From an uncultured Gemmatimonadales bacterium (GTDB lineage: Bacteria > Gemmatimonadota > Gemmatimonadetes > Palauibacterales > Palauibacteraceae): 64,000 nucleotides of DNA. The notes beneath the pieces are model-generated. The model had not been told where the DNA came from and did no database searches. It saw only the letters and a program-made list of their open reading frames with translations. The position numbers were made by a program, and so were the translations under genes. This document shows, one piece after another, positions 30,313 through 41,435 of this stretch. The stretch is taken from contig CAWANJ010000007.1 of the NCBI GenBank assembly GCA_963783385.1, positions 258,792 to 322,791 on the forward strand, given 5' to 3'. Numbering within the stretch: position 1 is the first letter of the stretch; every line of letters starts with the position of its first letter.

Positions 30313-31760
30313 GTGACGCAGGTCTGAAGGTCCTTCACGTGAACACGCACGACACCCGCGGCGGCGCCGCCCAGGCCGCATGGCGCCTGCACCGGGCCTA
30401 CGCGGCGCGGGGGATCACGAGCTGGATGGCTGTCAAGCGGAAGAGCAGCGAGGATCCCGGTGTGTTCGTGGTCCCCAACGAGCAGAATCGTCCGTGGCCC
30501 GCACGGGTTCTCCGAGCGATCGCGGGCCGGGTGGGGATGTCCAGCCCCGTGGCGCGAGCCACGGCCCGGACGCTGCGCCGGGTCGCCGAGCCAGCACGCT
30601 TCCGGGACATCCGTCGCGGCGTGGAGGACTTCCACTTCCCCGGTTCCTGGAAGCTGTTCGACCTCGTGCCCGGGAGCCCCGACCTGGTCCACTGCCACAA
30701 CCTGCACGGGGGCTACTTCGACCTGCGCGCGCTTCCGATGATCGCGAAGAGGGCGCCCGTGGTGCTCTACCTCCACGACGCGTGGCTGCTGAGCGGGCAC
30801 TGCGCCTACTCCTTTGGCTGCGAGCGCTGGAAGACGGGCTGCGGGGAGTGCCCCGACCTGACGATCCTCCCTCCGGTGCAGGCCGACGCCACGGACTACA
30901 ACTGGAGAAGGAAGCGCGACATCTTCTCGGGCCTGCCGCTACACGTGGCCGCGCCGTCCCGATGGCTGATGGACCGGGTAGAGGCGTCCATCCTGGGTCC
31001 GGCCGTCCGCAGCGCGCGCGTCATCCCGCTCGGCATCGATCTTTCCGTCTTCCATCCGGGCGACCGCCGGCGCGCGCGCCGGCACCTGGGCCTGCCGGAC
31101 GACGCCCGGGTCGTGCTGGTGGCGGCCGACGGGATCCGGACGAACAGCCGGAAGGACTTCGCCACGGCCCGGACGGCGGTGGCCGCGGCGGCACATCGGC
31201 TGGCCGCCGAGGGCGGCGAGCTCCTTCTGCTGGCGCTGGGGGAGGCGTCGTCCACGGAACGGATCGGACGTGCCACGGTGCGCTTCGTGCCCTACCAGGA
31301 CGACCCGTCGATCGTAGCCGAGCATTACCGTGCGGCCGACCTGTACCTGCACGCGGCTCGGGAGGACAACTTCCCCTGCACGGTGCTGGAGGCTTTGGCG
31401 TGCGGCACCCCCGTGGTCTCCACGGCCGTCGGCGGCGTCCCTGAGCAGGTGCGCTCGCTGACGCCGGTGCCCGGGACCGCGGCCGCGAGGCAGGAGAAGG
31501 CCACCGGGACACTCGTGCCGCTCGGCGATCCGGATGCCCTGTCGGCCGCCATCGTCCGACTGCTCTCCGACGAGCCGCTCCGCAGCCGCCTGGCGCAGAA
31601 CGCCGCACGCGACGCGCGGGACCGGTTCGACGTCGAGCGCTACGCCGACGACTTCGTGGCCTGGTACGGCGAGATCCTCAGGGGTGAGGCGGCCGGATGG
31701 CCGTGGCGCGAGGGGCACGCCGACGGGGCGACTCCCCGGAGCCTTCCGGTCGGCGGGTGA
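30309..31760 (+). CDS. Glycosyltransferase family 4 (WcaC-like)
   Basis: GGAAQAAWRLH, HNLHG, LHDAWLLSGHC, EDNFPCTVLEALACGTPVV. Confidence 0.9.
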   Translation: MSDAGLKVLHVNTHDTRGGAAQAAWRLHRAYAARGITSWMAVKRKSSEDPGVFVVPNEQNRPWPARVLRAIAGRVGMSSPVARATARTLRRVAEPARFRDIRRGVEDFHFPGSWKLFDLVPGSPDLVHCHNLHGGYFDLRALPMIAKRAPVVLYLHDAWLLSGHCAYSFGCERWKTGCGECPDLTILPPVQADATDYNWRRKRDIFSGLPLHVAAPSRWLMDRVEASILGPAVRSARVIPLGIDLSVFHPGDRRRARRHLGLPDDARVVLVAADGIRTNSRKDFATARTAVAAAAHRLAAEGGELLLLALGEASSTERIGRATVRFVPYQDDPSIVAEHYRAADLYLHAAREDNFPCTVLEALACGTPVVSTAVGGVPEQVRSLTPVPGTAAARQEKATGTLVPLGDPDALSAAIVRLLSDEPLRSRLAQNAARDARDRFDVERYADDFVAWYGEILRGEAAGWPWREGHADGATPRSLPVGG

Positions 31761-32799
31761 CAGCCATGACGGACTCGACGGTGCCCAGGATCGAGGACCT
31801 GCCGCCCCCTCCGAAGGACCGGACCGGGTGGCCGTGGACGGAGGCGTCCGACCCGGTGCCGCCGACGATGCGCGACGGCACGGCGTGGCCTTCCATCACG
31901 ATCGTGACGCCCTCCTACCAGCAGGCGGGGTTCCTGGAGGAGACGCTCCGCTCCGTGCTGCTGCAGGGCTATCCGAAGCTCGAGTACATCGTGGTCGACG
32001 GCGGCAGCACGGACGGGAGCGTCGACATCATCCGGAGCTACGCGCCCTGGATCACCCGCTGGGTCAGCGAGTCGGACGACGGGCAGAGCGACGCCATCAA
32101 CAAGGGATTCCGCTGGGCCACGGGGAGCATCCTGGGGTGGCTGAACAGCGACGACACGTACCACCCCGGCGCCCTGGCCGAGGTGGCCGAGGCCATGCAC
32201 CGGGCGGGCACGGAGATCGTGCTCGGCGCCATGGACAAGGTGCAGTTCGGCGACGGCGAGCCCCGGCTGGTGAAACGCTCCCTGCCGTGGGAAGGGGAGC
32301 CGTTCCACCGCTTTCCGATCTTCGAGGAGGGCGGTCCGGAGCCGCCTTCCACTTCTACCAGCCGTCGATGTTCTGGACCCGGCGGCTGTGGGAGGAGACG
32401 GGTGGGCTGGACGAACGCTACCACTACGTCATGGACCTGGAGTGGTGCAACCGGGCCCTGGCGACGGGCGCCCGCGTGGCGACGGTCGAGCGGCCGTGGA
32501 CCCGCTTCGCGCTCCACTCCGGCTCCAAGAGCCAGGACCTCACCCATCTCCAGCAGGCCGAGCAGGTGACCATGTACTGGCGCCTGAGCCGGGAGCCTGG
32601 CTTCCGTCGGCTTCCCTGCCTCCTGTCGATGCTGAAGCCGGCCCAGGTGACCCTGACCCTCAGGGCCGACGCGGCGGCTAGGGAGGGTCGCCGGGCCCGG
32701 ACGACGCTCCTGCGCAACGGTGCTCGGTTGCTGAAGGCCCTGCGCAGCCTGCCGGGTCTTGGCGGGGCCGGTCCGCTGGACGGGGCCCCGCGATCCTGA
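31757..32799 (+). CDS. Glycosyltransferase family 2 (frameshift ~32340)
   Basis: ITIVTPSYQQ, VDGGSTDGS, GQSDAINKG, WLNSDD, then QPSMFW..GGLDERYHYVMD in a second frame. Confidence 0.85.
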
Positions 32800-32813
32800 A
32801 GAACGAGGGCGAC

Positions 32814-34061
32814 GTGTCCGCCCGGAGAATCCTGTACGTCCAGCAGTCGCCCGGCGGCGGGTCGGCGACGGGTCTGGCGGATATGGTCGCGGGCCTGGAC
32901 AAGAGCGCGATTCGAGCCCGTCGTGCTGTGTTACGGCGCAGCCCGTTCTGCGACCGATACCGCGAGGCGGGCGCCGACGTCCGCGTGCTGGAGACGCGGG
33001 AGGCAGAGGTCGTGGCGCCGCTGCCGGATCGGTGAGGCAGGGCGGTCGGCCCGCTGCGCGACGCCACGGCCTCAGCGTGGTGAACCGGGTGGTGCGCCGG
33101 GATCTGCCCATGGCGCGGCACATCGCCAAGGTGATCCGGGACGGGGGCCCGGCTCTGGTGCACCACAACGACAATCCTCGCGGGGACCGGGCGTCGATCC
33201 TGCGGGCGCACGGCTGGTCGGTCTTCCACAGGTTGCCCACGTGCGGTTCATGCCCCGCTACTTTCGCCCCGTGGACCGAGTGCTGGGCCGGGTTCGTCGA
33301 CCGCTTCGTGTTCGTGTCGGAGGCGGTCCGCAGGCACTTCCTGGACACCCTCGGGGGGCGGTGCGTATCGGGGCGAGGTGGTCTACGACTCCTTCGACCT
33401 GGCGCGGTTCGGGAACGTGGCGTCCGGGGAGGCCGAACGCGTCCGGAAGGAGCTCGGCGTTCCGCCTGGAACGGCGCTGGTTTCGAGCTTCGGCAGGCTG
33501 GTCGCGTGGAAGGGCCAGGAGGTGTTCCTCAGGGCCGTCGCCGAGGTGGCACGCAGCCATGGTGAGCTGCACGCGCTCGTGGTCGGAGAAGCGGCGGCGG
33601 GACCCGAGGGCCGGGCGTACGTGGAATCGCTGCACGATCTGGCGCGAGAGCTGGGAATGGAATCGCGGCTGACCTTCACAGGATTCCGCTCCGATGTCCC
33701 GGAGGTCATGGCCGCATCCGACGTGGTTGTGCACAGCTCGACCCAGCCGGAGCCATTCGGGCGCGTGATCGTGGAAGCCATGGCGGCCGGCCGGCCGGTC
33801 GTCGCCACCGCGGCCGGGGGCGTACCCGAGATCGTGGAGGCCGGATCGACCGGCCTCCTGACCGCTCCGGGCGACTTGCACGGCATGGCTGCGGCCATCG
33901 GAGAGTTGCTATCCAACCCGAACCGGGCCACGGACATGGCGGAGCGGGGTCGGGACAGTGTTCGAAATCGCTTCACCGCGGATCGCTTCGCGGAGCGACT
34001 CCACCGAATCTACGAGAGCACGCTGGCCGACCGCCGCGGCGGTCGATCCGCGACGCCCTGA
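32814..34061 (+). CDS. Glycosyltransferase family 4 (several frameshifts)
   Basis: ILYVQQSPGGGS..., VSEAVR, GRLVAWKGQ, EPFGRVIVEAMAAGRPVV across ORFs 32814, 32759, 32923 and 33378. Confidence 0.82.
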
Positions 34062-34104
34062 GCGGCTGGGGCCGCTCTAACACCACAGGAAAGCAGGGGG
34101 AAGC

Positions 34105-34798
34105 ATGCCGAGCACGCACGAACGTCATCATCGCGGCCCTGGCGCTGGTCGGGGGCGTGGCACTCCGGCCCGGCCCGGCCCACGCGCAGGGAGCGGTGGC
34201 ACAGAGCGCCCTGGCGGCGCAGGACAGCCTCACGCTGCACCCCGGGGACCTGCTCCGCATCCAGGTATGGCCGGATGACAAGCTGGGGGGCGAGTTCACG
34301 GTGGAGGAGACGGGGATCGTGTACCTGCCGCTGCTGGGCGCCGTGCGCACGGGGGGCCTCCCGATCACCCGGCTCCGTGCCCAGCTCCGCTCCAGCTACG
34401 CCGAGGTCATGAAGAACCCCGTCGTCACCGTGACGCCGGTGTTCCACGTGGGCGTGCTGGGCGAGGTCCGGAGTCCGGGCGTGCAGCCGGTGACGCCCAC
34501 GCAGACGCTCCTGGACGTGATCGGGATGGCCGGCGGGTTCACCAACAACGCGGACGAGAACAAGATCCGGATCATCCGGGCCGGCCAGGTGATCCACATC
34601 GACGCGTCGCGGGTCCTGAGTGGGGGCGAGGGCGCCGGCCAGGCCGCCCAGGAGCTGGCCAACCTGCATCTCCGGTCGGGCGACCAGATTCTCGTTCCCA
34701 CGTCTGGTGGCCACGTCACGTTCACCGGCGTCATGAGCGTCATCGGCTCGATTGCGGCCGTCGGGTTCCTGATCGATCGGATCGCCCGGGGCAGGTGA
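34105..34798 (+). CDS. Short polysaccharide export protein (OPX/Wza-like, Poly_export + SLBB)
   Basis: LHPGDLLRIQVW, G.VYLPLLG.V, VLGEVRSPG, MAGGFT, LRSGDQI. Signal peptide ending AHA-Q. ATG at 34105 is one base out of frame (probable indel). Confidence 0.82.
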
Positions 34799-34861
34799 GT
34801 CCTTCTCGCCGTCCACGCGTGCCCGGACCGGGCGAGCGCCGAAGGCGCTAGAGCGGCCGAC

Positions 34862-35635
34862 ATGTGGTGCGTGATTCCGGCGGCCGGCCGGGGGTCCCGG
34901 ATGGGCCCGGCCGCCGCCGACCTTCCCAAGGCCCTGCTGAACGCCGGGGGACGTCCCCTCCTCGCCTGGCTCCTGGCCGGACTCGGCGCCGCGGTCACGG
35001 ACGTGTGCGTGATCATCGACGCGGTTCCCGACAGGGAGGCCGAATTTCGGGAGACCCTGGCGCCTCACCTGGGGGGCGTGCGCCTCGAGTTCGCGATCCA
35101 GCCCGAGCCGCGCGGCGTGGGCGATGGCGTGCTTCGGGCGCGCGAGATCGTCCGCGGGCCATTCCTGGTCGTGATGGGCGATGGCTACTACGCCGCCCCC
35201 CTGGGACCGATGCTGGAGGGGTGGGACCGGTACGACGACGACGGCGCGGTGCTGGTCGAGCCACGGCGAAGCCACGGTGCGGAACCCGTCGGCTGGGTGC
35301 GCGCCCAAGCGGGACGCGTGCGCGAGATCTTCAAAGCGGTGGATCCGGGGACGGCCGACCTGCGCCTGGCCGGAGCGGCGATCCTGCCCGAGTCGGCGCT
35401 CTCCCTGGAGGTGCCCGATCCATCCGACCGCACGGGAGAGCTGGAGTTGGAGCAGTTGATCGCCGCGCTCGCGGCGCGCGGGGCGGAGTTCCGCGTGCTC
35501 CGCTACTCGGGCTGGCGGCGGAACGTGAACCACCCGAAGGACCTGGACCGCATCCGGCGGCGGCTGGCGCGGCGCGCGGCCGTCGGGGAACCGGATCCGG
35601 AGCTGCCCGATGAATCCAATGGGAGCGCAACGTGA
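34862..35635 (+). CDS. Sugar-phosphate nucleotidyltransferase
   Basis: [11 protein letters not shown]...[25 protein letters not shown]. Confidence 0.8.
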   Translation: MWCVIPAAGRGSRMGPAAADLPKALLNAGGRPLLAWLLAGLGAAVTDVCVIIDAVPDREAEFRETLAPHLGGVRLEFAIQPEPRGVGDGVLRAREIVRGPFLVVMGDGYYAAPLGPMLEGWDRYDDDGAVLVEPRRSHGAEPVGWVRAQAGRVREIFKAVDPGTADLRLAGAAILPESALSLEVPDPSDRTGELELEQLIAALAARGAEFRVLRYSGWRRNVNHPKDLDRIRRRLARRAAVGEPDPELPDESNGSAT

Positions 35636-36690
35636 ATCGCTACAGGGAGATCGAAGAGGCGCTGCGGGACGCTCCGCGCGTGTGGCTGGTCACGGGGGCC
35701 GCCGGCTTCATCGGCTCCAACCTGACCGAGCACCTGCTGGAGCTGGGGCAGATGGTGGTCGGGCTGGACAACTTCTCGACCGGCTCCCACGAGAACGTCG
35801 ACGACGTGTGTGCCGGCCTGGGGCGCGAGCAGCTCCGGAACCTGTACTTCGTGGAGGGCGACATCCGCGACCTGGACACGTGCCGGACCGCCTGCCACGA
35901 CGTGGACTACGTGCTGCACCAGGCCGCCCTCGGATCGGTGCCGCGCTCCATGGACGACCCCATCGAGACGAACGCCTCCAACGTCGACGGCTTTCTGAAC
36001 ATGCTGGTGGCCGCGAGGGACGCGGGCGTACGCCGGTTCGTGTATGCGGCATCCAGCGCCACCTACGGTGACCACGAGGGTCTTCCCAAGGTGGAGGAGG
36101 AGATCGGGAGGCCGCTGTCGCCCTACGCGGTGACCAAGTACGTGAACGAGCTGTACGCGGACGTGTTCCAGCGGGCTTACGGACTGCGGTGCGTCGGCCT
36201 CCGGTACTTCAACGTGTTCGGTCCCCGCCAGGACCCCGACGGGGCGTACGCGGCTGTCATTCCCAGGTGGATCGGATGTCTTCTGTCGGGGGGACGCTGT
36301 CACATCAACGGGGACGGCGAGACGAGCCGGGATTTCTGCTACGTGGCCAATGCGGTGCAGGCCAACCTCCTGGCGGCGGTGGCTGCTCCGGACGTGGATG
36401 GGGCCCGCGTGTACAACGTGGCATGCGGGAGCCGCACGTCGCTGGGCGACCTGTTCCGGATGATCCGGGACGGACTGGCCCGGTGGGACCCCGGCGTCGC
36501 CGGCAGCGAGCCGCGGTACCGGGACTTCCGCCCCGGCGACGTGCGGCACTCGCAGGCGGACATCTCCCGTATCGAGCACGAGCTCGGCTACCGTCACACG
36601 CACGAGGTCGAGGAGGGAATGCGATCCACGCTGGCCTGGTTCGTCGAACGGGCGCATGCCGGCACCCGCGACGCCGGTGTGGGTTCGTGA
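35632..36690 (+). CDS. UDP-GlcNAc(A) 4-epimerase, WbpP/TviC-like
   Basis: [63 protein letters not shown]. Confidence 0.9.
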   Translation: MNRYREIEEALRDAPRVWLVTGAAGFIGSNLTEHLLELGQMVVGLDNFSTGSHENVDDVCAGLGREQLRNLYFVEGDIRDLDTCRTACHDVDYVLHQAALGSVPRSMDDPIETNASNVDGFLNMLVAARDAGVRRFVYAASSATYGDHEGLPKVEEEIGRPLSPYAVTKYVNELYADVFQRAYGLRCVGLRYFNVFGPRQDPDGAYAAVIPRWIGCLLSGGRCHINGDGETSRDFCYVANAVQANLLAAVAAPDVDGARVYNVACGSRTSLGDLFRMIRDGLARWDPGVAGSEPRYRDFRPGDVRHSQADISRIEHELGYRHTHEVEEGMRSTLAWFVERAHAGTRDAGVGS

Positions 36691-36761
36691 CGTCGGGACG
36701 TCGGGCGCACGGGGTCTCTTCCTTCCCACCATCGAGTCGCAACCGGAGCGCGGTACAGGAC

Positions 36762-37697
36762 ATGAGCGCGAGTGACATCGACACAGAGATCGGGCAGGTA
36801 GGAGCGACGGACCTCCTGGAGAGGCTCCGGTGCCCGGAGTGCGGTGGGAGGGTGGTCCCCGCCGCCGGGGAGGCCCTGGAGTGCGAGGGCTGCGGCCGGG
36901 CGTATCCTCGCGTTCGAGGCGTGCCGTGCCTGCTGCCCGAGTCCATGCTTCGGGTCGACCCCGAGCGTGGCGAGGTCGAGGTGCCCGAGGACATCACCGA
37001 GCACGCGACGGGCGGAGAGTACCACTGGAACGCTTACGGCATCGAGAGCCTTCTGCCGACGAGCGGCGCGGATCGGGAGGTGCTCCTGGTCGGCTGCGGC
37101 GACGCGGGCGAGCGGGCCCGGCTCAGGAGCATGGGCTTCCGGGTCCAGGGCTTCGACATCCACTGGTCCCCGGGCACGGATTTCCTGGGGGACGCCCACC
37201 GGATTCCCGTGGCGGACGAGAGCTACGACATCGCCATATCCATGCAGGTGCTGGAGCATCTCCACTCTCCGTGGATCGCCGTGGGGGAGATGGCCCGGGT
37301 GCTGAGGCCCGGAGGCTGGCTCATCGGGTCGGTGGCCTTCCTCAAGGCCTACCACGGCTCGTACTTCCACATCACACACCTGGGCATGACGCACCTGCTG
37401 GAGGAGGCCGGCCTGGAGGTCGACGTGCTGCGCGGCGCCCAGAGCCTCACCTACTCGCTCTACGGCGGACTGCTGCCCCTCGGAAAGATCGAATGGCGAC
37501 GCAAGGCCGGCGCGGCGCTGGACCGGCTCCTGGGCTGGCTCAGGGCCAGGTACTGGGAGACCACCCGCCACCTGGACGCCGACGAGCCCAGCGACCGGTT
37601 CGGCGCCACGATACCGCTCAGCTTCCGAACGTTCGACAAGCTCCGCTTCGCACCCGCGGTGGTCTTCCGCGCGCGCAAGCCGCTGCGCCGGGCCTGA
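36762..37697 (+). CDS. Class I SAM methyltransferase with N-terminal Trm112-like Zn ribbon
   Basis: LRCPECGG...CEGCGRAYP, LLVGCG, QVLEHL, RVLRPGG. Confidence 0.8.
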   Translation: MSASDIDTEIGQVGATDLLERLRCPECGGRVVPAAGEALECEGCGRAYPRVRGVPCLLPESMLRVDPERGEVEVPEDITEHATGGEYHWNAYGIESLLPTSGADREVLLVGCGDAGERARLRSMGFRVQGFDIHWSPGTDFLGDAHRIPVADESYDIAISMQVLEHLHSPWIAVGEMARVLRPGGWLIGSVAFLKAYHGSYFHITHLGMTHLLEEAGLEVDVLRGAQSLTYSLYGGLLPLGKIEWRRKAGAALDRLLGWLRARYWETTRHLDADEPSDRFGATIPLSFRTFDKLRFAPAVVFRARKPLRRA

Positions 37698-37703
37698 CGG
37701 AAC

Positions 37704-38840
37704 GTGCGGATCCTGTTCGTCCAGTACACGGCCGATTGGACGGGACCCTCCAAGAGCGTGCTCCTGCTGGCCAGGAGCCTGCGGCCCGCGCACCAGCCGG
37801 TGGTGGCGCTGCCCGGCACGGGGCCGCTGGTCGAGGCCCTGGAGCGTGAGGGCATCCGGCACGTGTCCTTTCCGGCGATCACCAAGTGGCAGCTCGGAGA
37901 ACTGGCGCGCCTGGTCCGCCGCGAGGGCTTCGACCTGGTCTACGCCAACAACACGAGCAGCACCTCGCGCATCGGGTTCTTCGCGGCCAGGCTGGGCGGC
38001 GCGGCGTTCGTCTGTCACGTGAGGGGCATGGGCTGGGACCGGTCGTGGCTGGAGCTGGGTTACCTGCGGGGAGCGGACGCCGTGATCGCCGTGTCGCGAG
38101 CGTGCGCCGAGTCCGTGCGCCGCTTCGTGCGGCCGGATCGCCTGCACGTGGTCTACAACGGAGTGCCCGCCGAGGAGCTGGCTCCCCCGACCGGGGCGGA
38201 GCGCGACCGGGCCCGACGCGAGCTCGGCCTGCCGGACCGAGCCACGATCGTGATCAGCGTCGCCCACGTGTGCCAGCGGAAGGGCCAGCTCCACGCCGTC
38301 GAGGCGATGCGGCGCGTGCTCCCGGATCTTCCGGACGCCCACCTGTGCCTGGTGGGGAGCCTGGAGCGGGAGCCGGCCTACGTGGCCACGGTGCGGGCCC
38401 GCATCCGGGAGGCCGGGCTCGAGGAGCGAGTCCACCTGGCGGGCTTTCGCAGGGACACCCCCGCCCTGCTGCGGGGCTCGGACATCTTCCTGCACACGGC
38501 CGTGGCGGACCCGCACCCGCGCGCGGTCGTCGAGGCGATGGCGGCCGGCCGGCCGGTCGTGGCCTTCGACGTGGACGGGGTGTCCGAGACGGTCCTGGAG
38601 GGCGAGACCGGACGGCTGGTGCCCGCGGGGGACGACGACGCGCTGGCCGAGGCGATCCGTGGTCTGCTGGAGGCGCCGGAAGGAGCCGAGCGGATGGGAG
38701 CGGCCGGGCGCCGGAGGGTCGAGACCACGTTCACGGAGGCCGCCGCGGCGGACGGCGTGCGTCAGGTCCTCGAGAGCATCGGAGCGGGTCGCGGGGGAGA
38801 CCGTCGTGGCGGCGACCCGGTCGAGGCCGCGCGCCCATGA
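37704..38840 (+). CDS. Glycosyltransferase family 4
   Basis: VVYNGV, RKGQ, DPHPRAVVEAMAAGRPVV. Confidence 0.88.
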   Translation: MRILFVQYTADWTGPSKSVLLLARSLRPAHQPVVALPGTGPLVEALEREGIRHVSFPAITKWQLGELARLVRREGFDLVYANNTSSTSRIGFFAARLGGAAFVCHVRGMGWDRSWLELGYLRGADAVIAVSRACAESVRRFVRPDRLHVVYNGVPAEELAPPTGAERDRARRELGLPDRATIVISVAHVCQRKGQLHAVEAMRRVLPDLPDAHLCLVGSLEREPAYVATVRARIREAGLEERVHLAGFRRDTPALLRGSDIFLHTAVADPHPRAVVEAMAAGRPVVAFDVDGVSETVLEGETGRLVPAGDDDALAEAIRGLLEAPEGAERMGAAGRRRVETTFTEAAAADGVRQVLESIGAGRGGDRRGGDPVEAARP

Positions 38841-40087
38841 GCGAGGGACGCGTGCCCGGCGTGGACGTGCTCCTGGCCGCGTTCCGTTTCCATCCGGTCT
38901 ATGCCGGGCCGGCCATCCGCTTCAAGCGCTATGCGCCCGGCCTGCGCGACCGCGGGGTCGGTCTGCGCGTGTTCTCGGCTCACCTCGAGGACGATGACGA
39001 GGTCGGACGCGGGTCGCCGAGCGACGGAGACCTGCTGGCTCCGGACACAGTGGACGGGATCCCGGTGCAGCGGGTCCACGTCGCCGACGCCGGGCCCAAG
39101 CGGCAGTTGTACAGGTACTATCGGTCGCTCGCGAGGCACCTGGAGGCTTCGCAGCCGCGCCCCGATGTGGTGCAGCTCCTCACCCTGACGCCGTGGGCGT
39201 CACCCTGGTACCGGAAGATCCGGCGCATGGGGCTGCCGATGGTGTACACGTCCACCATGATGCCGACGCCCGGCCTGACCTGGTACAAGCGTCGTTTCGA
39301 CCGCATCCCGCTCCGATGGCTGGACTGCGTGGTGGTCAGCACCGGCGTGATGAGGGACGCGATGGGCACGCCGGGAGCTCGGGTGCGGGTGGAGGTGATT
39401 CCCAACGGGCTCGACCTGGACCGCTTCCGCCCTCCGGAGTCCGCCGACGAGCGCCGGGCCGAGCGTCGGCGGCTCGAACTCGATCCGGCCGCCGAGCTGG
39501 TCCTGTTCCTGGGCGGCGTGCTCAACCATCGCAAGGGGGTCGACGTGCTGGCCAGGGCGTGGGGCCGTATCGCCGAGGCGCGTCCCGGTGCCAGGCTGGT
39601 GCTCGTGGGTCCGCACGCCGACGAGCTGCGGCCCTCCGGTCCGCAGACCGAGTTCCTGGCCGGCGTGCGCCAGGACCTTTCGGCGGCGCCCGGGGGGCTG
39701 GAGCGGGTCGTGTTCACGGGACCGGTCGACAACGTTCAGGACTATCTCCGCGCCGCGGACGTGTTCGTGTTCCCGTCCCGGAAGGAGGGGATGCCGAACG
39801 CCGTCCCGGAGGCGTTCGGATGCGGGTTGGCCAGCGTGCTGACGCCGTTCGAGGGGCTCCCGGAGGAGTTCGGCCGCCCCGGCCAGGAGTACGTGCTGAG
39901 CCCCAGAACGCCCGAGGATCTGTCGGAGAGCGTGGTGGCACTCCTGGCGGCGCCCGAGAGACGCGGGGCCCTGGGCGCCTCCGCGCGGGCCTGGGTCGAG
40001 GCGAACCTGGGCCTTGGCCGCAGCCTGGACCGATACGCCGATCTGTACCGAGAACTCACCGAACGCGCACAGGCGAGGAGTCGATGA
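38837..40087 (+). CDS. Glycosyltransferase family 4
   Basis: IPNGLD, HRKGVD, FPSRKEGMPNAVPEA (3' part of ORF 37886-40087); ATGA overlap. Confidence 0.88.
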   Translation: MSEGRVPGVDVLLAAFRFHPVYAGPAIRFKRYAPGLRDRGVGLRVFSAHLEDDDEVGRGSPSDGDLLAPDTVDGIPVQRVHVADAGPKRQLYRYYRSLARHLEASQPRPDVVQLLTLTPWASPWYRKIRRMGLPMVYTSTMMPTPGLTWYKRRFDRIPLRWLDCVVVSTGVMRDAMGTPGARVRVEVIPNGLDLDRFRPPESADERRAERRRLELDPAAELVLFLGGVLNHRKGVDVLARAWGRIAEARPGARLVLVGPHADELRPSGPQTEFLAGVRQDLSAAPGGLERVVFTGPVDNVQDYLRAADVFVFPSRKEGMPNAVPEAFGCGLASVLTPFEGLPEEFGRPGQEYVLSPRTPEDLSESVVALLAAPERRGALGASARAWVEANLGLGRSLDRYADLYRELTERAQARSR

Positions 40088-41433
40088 CGAGTCACGTTCG
40101 AGACGCGCAGGGGGTCGTGGTCGGAGGCGGTCCTTCGGGGCTGGCCGTGGCCTACGCTCTCCAGGGGGACACGCTCCTCCTCGAGAAGGAAGCCACGGTG
40201 GGCGGGCTGTGCCGGTCCGTCCACCACGACGGCGGCGTGTTCGACATCGGAGGGCACTCCTTCCACACGCCGCACCCCGAGGTGCACGCGCTGGTCGAGG
40301 ACCTGCTCGAAGGCGGCCTGTACGAGCAGACGCGTGACGCGCGCGTGTACTCCCACGGGACGCTGATTCCGTATCCGTTCCAGAAGAACTTCGACCGGCT
40401 GCCCGACCCGGACGTGGTGCGCGCCTGCCAGGAGGGACTCGAGGCGGTGGCGGCCGGAGCGGGACGGGAGCCCGAGAACTTCGAGGAGTTCATCGTCCAG
40501 AAGTTCGGTCCCGGCATCGCCGAGCACTTCATGCTTCCCTACAACCGGAAGCTGTGGGCGCGCGACATCAAGAAAATCTCGTGCGAATGGACCTCGGAGC
40601 GCGTGGCCGGACCGAAGGGGGAGAGCGAGAAGTTCGACACGAAGGGCGGCAAGCGGAGGCCCCTGCAGTCGGACACGATGGTGGGGTACCCGCGGGAAGG
40701 TGGCTACGAGGAGATCTACCGCTCCTTCGTCCCGCACCTGCCCGCGGTGGAACTGGAAGCCGAGGTGGCCGCCATCGATCCGGTGAGCCGGACGGCCGTG
40801 ACACGCGATGGTCGTGAGTACGGCTGGGAGTTCCTGGTGTCGACCATGCCGCTGCCCGTCCTGGTACGGGTGATCGAAGGCACGCCCGACAGGATCATCG
40901 AGCTGGCGGACGGACTCGAGTACATGTCCCTCCGCGTCGAGCTCCTGCTGGTCGGACGGAGCCTGGACACGCCGATCCAGAGGATCTATTCGGCCGACCC
41001 CGACATCCCGCCGCACAAGACGGCGCTGAACCACAACTCGTCGGAGTCGCTCCGGAACAGGCCCCGGCACGCCATCATGGCGGAGGTCTCACATTCGGCC
41101 CAGAAGCCCGTCGACCTGGAAGCCATCGCGCCCCGGACGATCGAGTGGCTGTGCGGCCTGGGTATCCTCGAGTCGCCGGACGACATCATCTGGACCGGGC
41201 ACGTGGACGCGAAGTACGCCTACCCGGTGTATACGCACGAGCGTCCGGGGCAGGTGGCGGAGATCAAGGCGTGGCTGGCGGAGCGCGACATGTACACGGT
41301 CGGCCGCTTCGGGGAGTGGGAGTACATCAACTCGGACAAGTGCGTGCACAAGGGGCTCGCCCTGGGTCGCGAGCTGCGGGAGCGCTACCCGGACCGGCTG
41401 GAGCGCGCCGGCGTGGGAGGTGGCGGGGCGTGA
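40084..41433 (+). CDS. FAD-dependent oxidoreductase, UDP-galactopyranose mutase/HemY-like
   Basis: GGGPSG, EKEATVGGLCRS, DIGGHSFH, PYNRKLW, YAYPVY, GRFGEWEY. Confidence 0.75.
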   Translation: MTSHVRDAQGVVVGGGPSGLAVAYALQGDTLLLEKEATVGGLCRSVHHDGGVFDIGGHSFHTPHPEVHALVEDLLEGGLYEQTRDARVYSHGTLIPYPFQKNFDRLPDPDVVRACQEGLEAVAAGAGREPENFEEFIVQKFGPGIAEHFMLPYNRKLWARDIKKISCEWTSERVAGPKGESEKFDTKGGKRRPLQSDTMVGYPREGGYEEIYRSFVPHLPAVELEAEVAAIDPVSRTAVTRDGREYGWEFLVSTMPLPVLVRVIEGTPDRIIELADGLEYMSLRVELLLVGRSLDTPIQRIYSADPDIPPHKTALNHNSSESLRNRPRHAIMAEVSHSAQKPVDLEAIAPRTIEWLCGLGILESPDDIIWTGHVDAKYAYPVYTHERPGQVAEIKAWLAERDMYTVGRFGEWEYINSDKCVHKGLALGRELRERYPDRLERAGVGGGGA

Positions 41434-41435
41434 GC

